NCBI GenBank assembly: GCA_937925335.1
Contig: CALEWY010000038.1
Span: 14,275-78,274 of the forward strand
Length of the DNA: 64,000 nucleotides
DNA from: an uncultured Acidimicrobiales bacterium
Lineage (GTDB): Bacteria; Actinomycetota; Acidimicrobiia; Acidimicrobiales; SZUA-35
Direction of reading: 5' to 3'
A model generated the notes under the pieces. That model did no database searches and was not told the DNA's origin. It was given only the letters and a program-made list of their open reading frames with translations. Positions 40,658-52,600 of the stretch are shown here, piece by piece. The position numbers and the translations under genes are program-made. How positions within the stretch are numbered: the first letter of the stretch is position 1; each line of letters begins with the position of its first letter.

Positions 40658-41878
40658 TCAGGCCTTACGTTGGCGCTGGGGGAGTGGCTTTGATGCTGCC
40701 GCCAGAAGCTCTTGGCCAGAGGGCAGTGCTTCCTCGACAGTTGTGACGGCGACGGTTGGGGCGTCGCCGATTTCGTCCACTGACTTGGAGTGCTGGCGGC
40801 GCATCACGGCGATGATGCCGCCAAAGAGCAACAGGCCACCGATCGCGAAGAATGCGATTCCGCCAATGCTGCTTCCATCGTCTGGTGCACCGTCGGAGCC
40901 GTCTTCTTGCGTGCTGCCGTCGGTGACCACGTTCGTCGCGGAACCGTTCGAACCGTCTGTGCTTGCCTCGTCTGTGCTTGCCTCTTCGGTGCTTGCCTCG
41001 AGCTCGGCGTCCGTCTCGTCACCGTTTTGAGACGTGTCGTCGCCATCGGATGCAGCGAGTTCGGCTGGTGTGTCGTCGTTCGACGCTGGGATCGATCCCC
41101 AGAGACCGGCTTCCTCGTCCGATTCGTCTGACGCGGGCCCGATCGTTGCGCCGGAACCCGAGTCGTCCCCGGCTGCTGTTGTGGCCGGTGCGGTCGTCGT
41201 CGTCGCATCGTCGCTCGACGAAGTCGTGGACGTTGTTGCCTCGACGGTTGTGGTCGTCGCAGCTGAGGGGGCTGTTGTCGTGAGGTACTTCGTGCCAACC
41301 CAACCTTGGATCGGCGATACGACCTCGATCCAGTTGCCGTTTCCGGGCCAGGAGAGAACTTCGACCTTGGTGTCATTCGGCAACACACCGAGCGCGTCGT
41401 TCGAGGTCGACGGACCCGACCGAACCACTAAGCCGCCGTCGGCGTCTCCCGCGGGGATCCCCGCCACATAGGCGATGGTCAGATCGGCATTGACCGCGTC
41501 GGTTGTTGACACGGTGGTCGTGACGCCAGCGCACGCTGCAAACGTGACGGGGAAGGCTTCGATGAGCTCTTTGCTGGGCATGGCGAGCAACTCGATGACG
41601 TGCGACTTTCCATCACCGGGAACGGAGGCGACGATCGTCTGTTGTGAGTCGCTTGGCTCCAGGTAGCCGCGGCCATCCAAGAACCACTGCACCTCGATCT
41701 TGAGATCATGGGTCAGTCGAATTCGTCGGTTGCCAGCATCGTTGCAGCTGGCGCCGATCTGCACGGATGCTTCAGCCGAAGCCGGCGCTGCGGAGAGCAG
41801 CGTCATCACGATCGCCGCCATGACGGCAGCCAATTTTCGGCTCAAACGGAGCCGTGCTGTGTTCCCTCGCGAATCCAT
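40658..41878 (-). CDS. Secreted, C-terminally membrane-anchored SH3b-domain protein
   Basis: Signal peptide ending APASA, LVVRSGPST...W..V...GWV..KYL SH3b pattern, Ser/Thr/Asp-rich stalk, TM helix followed by RRQ. Confidence 0.8.
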   Translation of the reverse strand: MDSRGNTARLRLSRKLAAVMAAIVMTLLSAAPASAEASVQIGASCNDAGNRRIRLTHDLKIEVQWFLDGRGYLEPSDSQQTIVASVPGDGKSHVIELLAMPSKELIEAFPVTFAACAGVTTTVSTTDAVNADLTIAYVAGIPAGDADGGLVVRSGPSTSNDALGVLPNDTKVEVLSWPGNGNWIEVVSPIQGWVGTKYLTTTAPSAATTTTVEATTSTTSSSDDATTTTAPATTAAGDDSGSGATIGPASDESDEEAGLWGSIPASNDDTPAELAASDGDDTSQNGDETDAELEASTEEASTDEASTDGSNGSATNVVTDGSTQEDGSDGAPDDGSSIGGIAFFAIGGLLLFGGIIAVMRRQHSKSVDEIGDAPTVAVTTVEEALPSGQELLAAASKPLPQRQRKA

Positions 41879-41979
41879 ACGTGACCCGTCGGCACGATTC
41901 TGCTTCTCATGAGGAACCCTGGCGATGAGCGCCGCCGAGCACGAGAGCCCGGCACAGCTGTCAGGGCTGACGCCACGGC

Positions 41980-42714
41980 CTACTTCGTGGCGAAACCCTG
42001 GCCGTCGAGGTAGTCACGCATGAACGGCCGGCTTTCCTTGCCGAGCAAGCCCGACATGTCAGCACTCCACGTGCGGTCGACCTTTCCGCCCGTCCGCTCC
42101 TTGTAGTACTCGCGCATCTGCTCGTCGTACGCCTCGATGCCAGCCTGATCGTTCGACTGGTCGTAGCGATCATCCTTGAGGGTGACCGACAACGGAAGGC
42201 GGGGTTTAACCGCCGGATCCTGATCGGGCCATCCAAGGCACAGACCGAAAAGCGGCATGACCTGCTCCGGAAGTTCGAGCAGCTCGGTCATCTGGGTGGG
42301 GTCGTTACGAATACCGCCGATGTAGCAGATGCCAAGGCCGATGGATTCGGCTGCCGCAACGGTGCTCTGAGCGGCGAGCGCGCAGTCGGTGGCGGCGATG
42401 ATGAAGTGTTCGGTCATCCCGGCGTGAAAGTCGCCGCCTGCCATCTCGCACGCCATCGCAGAGCGGTGGAGATCGGCGCACCAGACGAAGAACGCGGCGG
42501 CGCTCTCGACATAGGTCTGCCCGCCGGCGAGCGTGGCGATCGCGGCGCGCTTCTCAGCATCGCGCACGCGGATCACCGTGGTTCCCTGCAGGTTTGACGA
42601 CGTTGCGGTCGCCAAACCAGCAGCGATGAGATCGGTGATCACCGGCTCATCGATTGGCTCCTCGGTGAACTTTCGAATCGAGCGATGGCCTTTGAGCAGC
42701 GAGATGACGTCCAC
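41980..42714 (-). CDS. nfsA: Oxygen-insensitive NADPH nitroreductase, NfsA family
   Basis: HRSIRKF, ATSSNLQ, CADLHR, AAESIGLGICYIGGIRN, PLFGLCLGWP..KPRLP. Confidence 0.9.
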   Translation of the reverse strand: MDVISLLKGHRSIRKFTEEPIDEPVITDLIAAGLATATSSNLQGTTVIRVRDAEKRAAIATLAGGQTYVESAAAFFVWCADLHRSAMACEMAGGDFHAGMTEHFIIAATDCALAAQSTVAAAESIGLGICYIGGIRNDPTQMTELLELPEQVMPLFGLCLGWPDQDPAVKPRLPLSVTLKDDRYDQSNDQAGIEAYDEQMREYYKERTGGKVDRTWSADMSGLLGKESRPFMRDYLDGQGFATK

Positions 42715-42728
42715 CTCGCAGACCCTAC

Positions 42729-43502
42729 TCAGGTGCCGGTCCACTCAGGGTCGCGCTTCTCGGCGAAGGCCGTTGGGCCTTCCTTGGCATCATTTGAGGT
42801 GAACACGGGGCCCTGCAAGGAGGCTTGCAGCTTCCACAGTTCTGCTTCGTCATAACCCTGACTGGCGGCCTTCACGAGTTGCTTCGATGCCGCGACGGCG
42901 AGGGGTGCGTTCTTGGCGACTCGTTCGGCGAGTGCGATGGCGGCATCGAGCGCACCGCCGGCTTCGGTCACCTCGGAGATCAAGCCGAACTCCATCCCTT
43001 CTTCAGCGGAGATGTTGTCGCCGGTGATGGCCATCTCCATGGCCTTGGCGTAGCCAACTCGACTCGGGAGGCGCAGCACGCCACCACCGGCGGCGAACAG
43101 TCCGACCTTCACTTCACGAATGCCGAGCTTCGCACCGGCGGATGCGACGAGCAGATCACACGACAGCGCGAGCTCGAGGCCGCCGGCGATGGCGAAACCC
43201 TCGATGGCGCCGATGAGAGGCTTCTCTGCTCCGGCCTTGATGAACTCCATCATCGGGCCGATGTCTTCGCCGCGAGAGAAGGCTTTGAGGTCCATTCCCG
43301 AGCTGAAACCTCCGCCGTTGCCCGTGAGGACGCCGGCCGTCAGGCCCGGATCGGAGTTCAGCTGCTGGGTTGCCTCCCACAAGCCGTGGGACAACGCACC
43401 GTTGATGGCGTTGCGAGCCTCGGGCCGGTTGAGGGTGATGATCAGCACCCGGCCTCGTTGTTCGGTTAGGACGGCTGGGGCTTCGGCGCTCGTGTCACTC
43501 AT
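42729..43502 (-). CDS. Enoyl-CoA hydratase/crotonase family protein
   Basis: ITLNRPEARNA, FSSGMDL, KPLIGAIEGFAIAGGLE, DAKEGPTAFAEKR. Confidence 0.94.
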   Translation of the reverse strand: MSDTSAEAPAVLTEQRGRVLIITLNRPEARNAINGALSHGLWEATQQLNSDPGLTAGVLTGNGGGFSSGMDLKAFSRGEDIGPMMEFIKAGAEKPLIGAIEGFAIAGGLELALSCDLLVASAGAKLGIREVKVGLFAAGGGVLRLPSRVGYAKAMEMAITGDNISAEEGMEFGLISEVTEAGGALDAAIALAERVAKNAPLAVAASKQLVKAASQGYDEAELWKLQASLQGPVFTSNDAKEGPTAFAEKRDPEWTGT

Positions 43503-43655
43503 GTCGACATCTCACAACCACCGGCCAGGTCAGAGCAAGTCGAAGCGCTCGTCGATGCAGTCGTTGGTGCATTCGCCGCTGCAGTCGTTGATGCGGTCGC
43601 CGAAGCGATGGCTGAGATTTTGGCGCTGGTGTTCGGGCACGCGGCCCGGCGCTGA

Positions 43656-46600
43656 TCAGGCGAGCGCTTCTTCGTCTTCGCGCTTGGCGACTCGGACGGC
43701 CAAGAAGCCGACGATCAACATTGGCGTTGCGACGAAGATCAAGCCGAGCGTGCCTGCACCGGTGAAGGCCAGTCGACCCTGCGGCGCCCGAGCGACCGCG
43801 GACGATGCCACAACCACAACACCATCCGGGCCATCGCCGCCGACGAGGCCACCCGCAGAAGCGGTCGCGGTGTTGGTGACTGAGCCGACGGTGGCTCGAA
43901 CGTTGGTCACGATCTGGATGACAGCAGTGGAGCCGCTCGCGAGACCGTCGATCTCACAGTCGAACTGCTGGCCAGCGATGGTGCACGATGTTCCGTCGGG
44001 TGCGGTGTGGCTTGTGTAGGCCAGCGACAGCGGGAGCGAGTCGGCGAGCGTGATCGGCGTCACGACCGCATCCGGCCCGTCGTTCGTGACGACCACGGTC
44101 CATATGACGGGGGATCCGGTCGTCAGTCTCGATGCTTCAACCGTCTTTTCGATGGCGAGCGCCGAGTTGGATCGGGTGACTTGGCCGTTGGCCGTGGCTT
44201 CCGCTGTTGTTGGATCAGTCTCAGTGGCTTCGACCGATGCGGTGTTCTGAATCGCTCCGACGACCGACACATCGATCGAGGTTTCAACGGTGATGGTCAC
44301 CGATTCGCCAACGTCGAGGTCGCCGAGTTCACAGCTGATCGTGTCGTCGCAACCGTCGATCGACGTCGAGACCACGCTCAACCCGTCGGGGAGGGAGTCG
44401 GTCATGACCACGTCGGTAGCGGTCGACGGGCCATCGTTGGTGACGACGATCGACCAGGTGGCGTTGCCGCCCGCCTTGGGATCGTCGGTCTCGAGCGACT
44501 TCGTCACCGTGAGATCGGCGATGCGTTCGACCGTTGCCTGAGTGGTGTCGACGTCGTTGAGTGGGTTCGGGTCGGCGGCGTCAGAGGCTGCGCTGGCCAC
44601 GTTTCGAAGCACGCCCTCGTAGTCGGCGTCGACGATGCCGGTGAGCGTCACGTCAAGCGTTCCACCGACGGGAATGTCGCCGAGGTTGCAGGTGAGAACA
44701 CCAGCGGCGAGCGAACAGTCGGCGGGGAGCGTGAGTGCAATCCCAGCCGGAACCTCGTCGGTGATCGTCACGTTTCGAGCGATCGAGGGGCCGAAGTTGG
44801 CAACGGTGATGTCGTAGGAGATCGCCTCACCGGCGACGACACTGTCCGGGCCGGTCTTGTCGATCTCGAGGTCGGCGACCTCGTCGAGAGCGATCGTTTC
44901 CGAGTCGGTCGGATCGAGGTTGGTGTTCGGCTCATCCGACGTGACCGCCACGGTGTTCGTGAGGTCGCCGGTTGCCGTCGCATCGATGATCACGCCGACC
45001 GTGAAGGTCAGCGAATCACCAGCGGCCAGTGATGGCGCCGAGCATTCGATCGTCGTTGCATCGAGGGCGATGCACGAAGGGGAGGACGTCGACGGATCGA
45101 ACGTCATTTCGGCCGGCAGCGTGTCGGTGACGACAATGTTGGCTGCGTTCGACGGCCCGGCGTTCGTGACGGTGAGGTCGAAGGTCGTGCCGCTTCCGGC
45201 GGCAGCCGTCGGAGCGATCGCCACCTTGTCGATGCTCAGGTCGACGGAGCGAGCGATCGGATCGATGGTCGAACCTTCGCCCGGGGTCGGATCCTCGTCG
45301 CCGGTGACAACGGCCTTGTTCTCGAAGGTGTCACCGGTCTGCAGATTGGCGGCAGGCAGCACGTCAATCTCGATCGTTGCGGTCGATCCGGAATCGAGCG
45401 TGCCGATCGGGCAATCGACCGTTGCGGTGCCGGTCGTACAGGTGAAGGTCGTTGGTGCCGAGACGACTCGGACGTCCACCACGGTGCCGCCGGGTGGGAT
45501 GAGATCGGTGAGCTCGATGTTGGTCGCCTGTGACGGGCCTTCGTTTTCGACGGTCAGCGTGTAGGTCACGACAACACCGGGCGTGATCGGCGACGTGCCG
45601 GCGACCTTGGTGACCGTGACTTCAGCCGACCGATTGACGGTGGTCTCTTCGGTGATGCTGACGGGCGGTGCGAGGTCGCCACTTGCGGTCGCTTCGTTGA
45701 CGAGCATCGTGCCATCGGCAAAGCCCTGGTCGACGTCGCCTGCGATCCGGATGGTCGGGTTGGCGTTGAGCACCAGCGTTCCGAGGGTGCAGGTGATCAC
45801 CTGCCCCGTCGCCGGCGTGCCACTCGTCAACGAGCAGTCCGGGTCGGATGCAGCCGGGTCGAACGTAACGCCGATCGGGAGCGTGTCGACAACCTGAACG
45901 TTGTCGGTGTCGGACGGGCCGAGGTTGGTGACTTGGATGTCCCACGCGATGCCTTCACCGGCGACGACGGGGTCGAGCACATCGACCTTAGCGATGGCAA
46001 GACCGCTCGTTCGGGCGATGTCGGCAGCGTGGGATGACTCGTTGTTGAGCGGGTTGGGATCAGGCTCGGCGGCCGAGATGATCACGTCGTTGTTGAGGAC
46101 GAACCCGTCGGCCAAACCGGGGTCGAGATCGACGTTGATGAGCAGTTGGTCGGTCGATCCTGCCGCGATCGATGGGATCGTGCACGTCACGGTTGTGCCA
46201 GCTGCGGAGCAGCGAGCGTCGGAACCGGTCGTCTGGAACGTCGTACCGACGGGGAGCGTGTCGGTGACGACGATGCTCGTCGCTTCCGATGCGCCGTCGT
46301 TGGCGATGTCGAGGGTCCACGTGAGCGAGGTACCAGCGGTCGATGAGCCGCCCGGTCCTCGCTTGATGATCGAGAGATCCGCCTCACGGGTGACGGGGGC
46401 CGAGTCGGCTGCGTCGTTGTTGAGCGGGTCGGGATCGGGTTCGTTGGCGGCGACGGTTGCGTCGTTCGCAAGGGTGGATGCAGCGGCGAGCCCTTGGTCG
46501 GTGTCGGCGCCGATCAGGAATGTGACCGAGTCGCCGTTCGGCACGTTCGAAATTGAGCAGGTCACCGTTGAGCCTGTAGCGGTACACGGCGTTGAGGAGA

Positions 46601-49600
46601 GGTCGGTTCGGAAGGTCAAACCGGTCGGGAGCACGTCGGTGACCGTCACCCCGGTTGCGTCGGACAAGCCGGCGTTGGTTGCCGTGAGCTCGAACAGCAC
46701 CGGCTCGCCGGCGACGATCGGGCTGGTGAGAATGGTCTTCGTCAGCGACAGATCGGCGGAGCGAACAATGTTGGCCGGAACGCTGGAGCCGTTGTCCGCC
46801 GCGTTCGGATCGGGCTCGTTTGCCGAGACCGATGCGTTGTTGGTCAGCGTCGATCCTGCGGCGACGTTCGAGGCGACGTCGACATCGACGGTGATGAGAA
46901 TCGAGTCGCCAGGCTGCATCGATGCGATGGAGCACGTGAGGGCGCCCGGAGTGGTGGAGCAGCCGGCCGGTCCGGTGAACCCGGTGATGGTCAGCCCGGC
47001 TGGAACGGCGTCGGTGATCGTCACCCCGGTTGCGACCGATGGGCCATCGTTCTCCACCGTGATGGAGTACGAACCGGTTCCACCAGCGGTGAGTTCGGCG
47101 GCACCCGTCTTGACGATGGAGAGGTCAGCCGAGCGAGTGATTGCACCGTCGGCGGACGACGAGTTGTCCGATGTTGGGGTGCCTTCGTCGGGGTCTGGCG
47201 TCGAGCTCGTGACACTTGCGGTGTTCGAGAGGAACGAGAGCGGCGTTGCGTCATCGTCGAGGAGGAAGGTGAGCGAGATGGTCTCGACGGCGGCCGGAGT
47301 GAGGTTGCCGAGATCACAGCTGACGGACGTGCCGGCCAGATCACAGCGTGAGTCCGAGGCCGGGTCGTCATAGGTGACGACACTCGGGAAGACGTCTTCG
47401 ACGGTGACATCGACCGCTTCGGAGGGTCCGTCGTTGGTGATGGTGAGTTCGTAGGTCACGTTCTCGCCGGCGACGACTGGGTCGGTGATCCGAACCTTCA
47501 CGATGGACAGATCGGCTGATGGGGCAACCGTGCTCGTGACGGTCTCGGAGTCGTTCGTCGAATCCGGATCGTCTTCGTCCGCACTGACCGACGCGGTGTT
47601 GGCGATGTCGCCGGTGAGCGTGGGATCGAGATCGACGGCGATGATGAATGAGTCGGCTGCTGCATTGGCGAGCGAGGCCAGCGTGCAGGTGATCGTCTCG
47701 CCCGTCGCCGGGGTTCCTGCGGTCACCGAGCAGCGAGCATCGGAGGCCGCAGCGTTGAAGGTCGCACCAGCCGGAAGTGTGTCGGTGACGACGACGTTGG
47801 TTGCGTCGGAGGGGCCGATGTTGGAGACGTCCAGCGTCCAGGAGGTGGGGCTACCGGGAACCGGCGTTGCGGCGGGCGGGACCTTGTCGATCGCAAGATC
47901 GGCGCTGCGCACGATTGGGATATCGGCGGTGCCGATGTCGTTCGTGGCGTTCGGATCATCCTCGGTTGCTGTCGCGCTGGCGCTGTTGACGAGGGTGGAC
48001 GGCACGATCGACGGATCCAGGTCGGCGACGATGGTGATCGTCTGTGATGTTCCGGCAGCGACGGTTCCGATCGTGCACGTTGCTCCTGGGGCGCTTGCAG
48101 CACACGTTGCGGTCGAGCCGGTCGGCTGGAACGTGACGCCTGCTGGGAGCGTGTCGGTGACCGTCACGTTGGTGGCGTCGGACGGACCGTCGTTGGTGAC
48201 GACCAGTTCGAAGGTGACGGGTTCGCCGGCGACAGGGTCCGTTGTGAGCAGCGTCTTGGTGATGCCGATGTCGGCGCTGGTGTCCACCGTGATCGACTCG
48301 AGAGCGTCGGCCCCATCGGGGTCGGTCTCGGCCGCAGTCGCCGAGGCGGTGTTGTCGATAGTCGTTGCGTCGGCGACGTCAGCGTCGACCGTTGCAACGA
48401 CGGTGATCTCGAAGGTGGCGCTGGGAGCGAGCTGGGCCAGCGTGCAGTCGATGATGTTTCCGGTGATGTCGCAAGTGCCGGGTCCTGCCGGCGTGGCGCT
48501 GACAGCGGTGAGACCGGTGGCGAGCGGATCCAAGATGTTGACATCGGTGGCGATCGAGGGGCCGTCGTTGGTGACGACCACGGTGTAGGTCACGTTCTCA
48601 CCGGCGACGATCACGCTGGCATCGGCCAGCTTCGTGATCTGCAGATCGGCAACACGATCGACGTCGGTTCGGGAGTCGCCGGTGTCGTTCGTTGCGTCGG
48701 GGTCATCGGTTGGGGAGTCGATCGATGCGTTGTTGACCAGCTCGCCGCCGTCAGCAGCCGCTTCGTCGAGCGCTCCGCCGATGATGATGGAGGTGGTGGC
48801 GGTTGGGCCGGTGGGGGCCATGTTGCCGATGGTGCATGTGATGACTTGGCCGGTGGCGGGGGTGCCGGAGCTGAGGACGCAGCGGGGGTCGGAGGTTGCG
48901 GGGTCGAAGGTGACGCCGATGGGGAGGGTGTCGGTGACGACGGCCGCGACGGCGGTCGACGGACCAGCGTTCGTTGCGGTGATCGTCCACGAGAGGTCGG
49001 TTCCGGCGGTGACGGTGGCAGGGCCCACCTTCACGACGCTGAGGTCGGCCGAAGGAGCGACTGGGCTCACGTCGGTGGCCGTGTCGTTGCCGGTACCCGA
49101 ATCAGGGGTCGGCGAGTCGATCGTGGCGCTGTTGGTGAGGGTTGCGGCCGTGACGGTTGAGTCGACGTCGCCGCCGATGATGATGGAGGTGGTGGCGGTT
49201 GGGCCGGTGGGGGCCATGTTGCCGATGGTGCAGGTGATGACTTGGCCGGTGGCGGGGGTGCCGGAGCTCACGACGCAGCGGGGGTCGGAGGTTGCGGGGT
49301 CGAAGGTGACGCCGATGGGGAGGGTGTCGGTGACGACAGCGGCGACGGCAGTTGAGGGGCCGGCGTTGGCGGCTCCAACGGTCCATTCGTAGGGCTCGCC
49401 TGGCACGATCGGATCGGCTGAAGACGTCTTCGTGACGGAGAGGTCAGCATCGGCCGTGACGGTGATGGTGTCGGCACCCGCGTCGTTGGTCGAGTCGGGG
49501 TCACCCTCGGTTGCGTCGGCCGTCGCGGTATTGGCGATCGGCCCGGCAGCGGCTGCAGGGTCGATGTCGAAGACGAGTTCGAGCGTCTCTGCGCCAGCGG

Positions 49601-52600
49601 CGGTCGTGAGCGTTCCGAGCGTGCAGACCACGTCGGTGCCGACGAGGTCACAGCGGCTATCGCTGCTTGCGTCGACGTAGATGAGGCCCGCAGGTACGGG
49701 GTCGGTGATCGTGGTGGACGTTGCGTCGGACGGGCCGAGGTTCTCGACTTCGACGGTGAAGGTCACGGTTTCGCCAGCATCGAACGTGGCGGCGGAGGCG
49801 GTCTTGGTGACGCTGAGATCAGCACTTCGAGTGACGGTGATCGGTGCCGATGCACTTTGTGGTGTTGGGTCCTCGGGAGCGGTGGCCGTCACCGTGTTGT
49901 TGATCGAGGCGCCATCGGGAGTCGACGGGCGCACGGTCGCGACGATCTCGGCCTGCAGCGAATCGCCGGGCTGTAGATCGGTGACCTGGCAGATGACGGC
50001 GGTGGTGCACGACCCGGCGGTCAAGACGTTGACGGACACAACGGTGAGCGAGCTCGGCAAGGTGTCGGTGAGTGTGGCGAGCGAAGCGCTCGATGGGCCT
50101 TCGTTCGTCAGAGAGATGGTGTAGGTGACGTCGGAGCCAGCCTGGACCGTGGACGGCGTGACGGTCTTTGCAACGGTGAGCGAAACCTCGCGGGTCACAT
50201 CGGTATCGGAGCTCGATGCGTCGTTGCTCGTGTCCGGGTCATTCGTGTCGGCCGAGACGGTGGCGTTATTGGTGAGGACTGAGCCCTCGGTCGCTGACGG
50301 GTCGACGGTGCCGCCGATCGCGAGGTCGATCGGCGTGCCAGGGTCGACGGTTGCGAAGGTGCAGGTGATGGTTTGGCCCGTCGCCGGGGTTCCGGCTGTC
50401 ACCGAGCAGCTCGGGTCTGACGTGGCCGGGTCGAAGGTGACGCCGACAGGCAGCGTGTCGGTCACGACTGCGTTTGTCGCTTGCGATGGGCCGGCGTTGT
50501 CGAGGGTGACGGTCCAGACGATCGCTTCACCAGCGATGACCGAGGCCGGACCGGCCTTGGTTGTGCTGAGATCGGCCTGGGGGACGACCGGTGAGCTCGT
50601 CGTCGAGGAGTCATTTCCGGGGTTCGGATCGGCGGTTGTGGAGCTGACGCTCGCGACGTTGTCGAGGGTTGCGGTGGTCGAACCGGCGCCGGTGGCAGGG
50701 TCAACGTCCACGGTGATCGAGAGCGAGATTGCTGCGGCGGGTGCGAGGTCGCCGAGCGAACACGTCAACGTTTGACCGGTCGCCGGGGTTCCGGCGGTGA
50801 CGGAACAGAGCGGCTCCGATGCTGGGTCGAAGGTGACGCCTGGCGGAAGTGTGTCGGTGATGACGGTGTCGGTCGCGGTCGATGGGCCGGCGTTTGCGAC
50901 GTCGATGGTCCAGGTGAAGGGCTCGCCGGGAATCGCCGGGCCGGCCTGGGCCGACTTCAGCACGCTCACATCGGCACGTCGCTCGATCTCGACATCGGAC
51001 TGAGCGTCATCGTTCGCGGCGTTCGGATCGGTCTCGGTCGCGGCGACGGTTGCGCTGTTTGTGTAGGTGCCGGCTGCGGTTGCTGCGTCGGCGGTCAACG
51101 TGATGATGAACGTTGCCGGCGGGTCGTCGGGGTCGAGCAGGGGAGTGGAGCACTCGACGGTGACTCCGACGAGGGCACAGTTTGCGTCGCTCGTTGCAGG
51201 TACGAAGGTGAACCCGGCAGGGATCGTGTCGGTGACCACGACGTCGGTCGCGATGGATGGCCCGGCATTGGTTGCGGTCAACTGGAAGCGAACGTCTTCG
51301 CCCGCCGCGATCGGCGTGTCGAGCGTGGTCTTGGCGAGCGAGAGGTCAGCCTCTCGTTCGATCGCCGAGGTCGTGGTCGCATCGTTGTTCGTGAGATCGG
51401 GGTCGGTCGTCGTGGACGTGACGGTCACGTTGTTCGTTGCGGTCGATCCGTCGGCGGCGGTGTCCGCGACCTCGGCATCGATCTCGATCGTGATGACGTC
51501 GGAGGCGCCAAGAATCGGCGACTCACAGACGAGGGGGCCCGTTGCGGTCGAACACGTTGCCGATCCGACGATGATTCGATGGGTGACGTAGGTGGCGTTC
51601 GGCGGGAGAATGTCGGTGATCACGACGTTGTCGGCTGCGCTCGGCCCGTCGTTCGTGAGTGTGACCGTCCACGTCGCCGTCGTGCCGGCGAGGATCGTCG
51701 GCGGACCGACCTTGGTGAGATCGAGATCGGCGCTGCGCTCGATCGTGGTCTCTTCGGTTCCCGTCACCGTCGGAGAAGTAGGGCTCGATGCGGAGGCCTC
51801 GTTGTTCAGCGTCGTGCCGTCGACGATGTCGTCATCGAGGGTGCCCGTGAGCGTGATGGTGACGGAGTCACCAGCGACGAGGGTGGGGACAGCACAATCG
51901 AGGGTGCCCGGGTTGCCGGCGCCCGGCGTAGTCGTGCAGGTGTTGGCCGGTGCGCCCGTGATCGTTGCCGCCACTCCTGAGATCGGAAGTGCGCTGAGAT
52001 CGTCGGCGATCGAGATGTCGGCATCGTCGGATGGACCGGTGTTGGTCACCACGATGTCCCAGCTGATCGGCGTGCCGGCCTGTGCGGGGTCGGCGATGCC
52101 GGACGACTCGACCTTGGTGATTTCGAGCTGCGTCGTTCGGGTGACGTTCGTACTCGTGTTCGAGCTGTCGTTGGTCGAGTTCGGATCGGGTTCAGCGCCG
52201 GCGACCGTTGCGACGTTTGCGAGCGCTGTTCCGTCGGGTGTGCCGGCGGGGACGGCGACCACGATGGTGAATGACGTCGTGGCGCCATCGGCAAGGTTGC
52301 CGACCGCACAGGTGAGAGTGGTCGTACCGGTACAGCCCGGCGCAGAAACCAGCGTCACACCAGCGGGAAGCGTGTCGGTGACTGAGACTCCGCTTGCATC
52401 GCTCGGGCCAGCGTTCTCAACGTCGAGTGTGTAGGTGATCTGTGAACCGGCGGCGACGACGTCGGGTGTTGCCTTCTTCACAACGGAGAGGTCGGCCGAT
52501 CGTTCGATTCGAATGTCGAGCGAGTCCTCGTCGTTGGTGCTGACCGGATCGACTTCATCCGCTCCGGTCTTGGCGACGTTCGTCAGGACGTCGCCATCGG

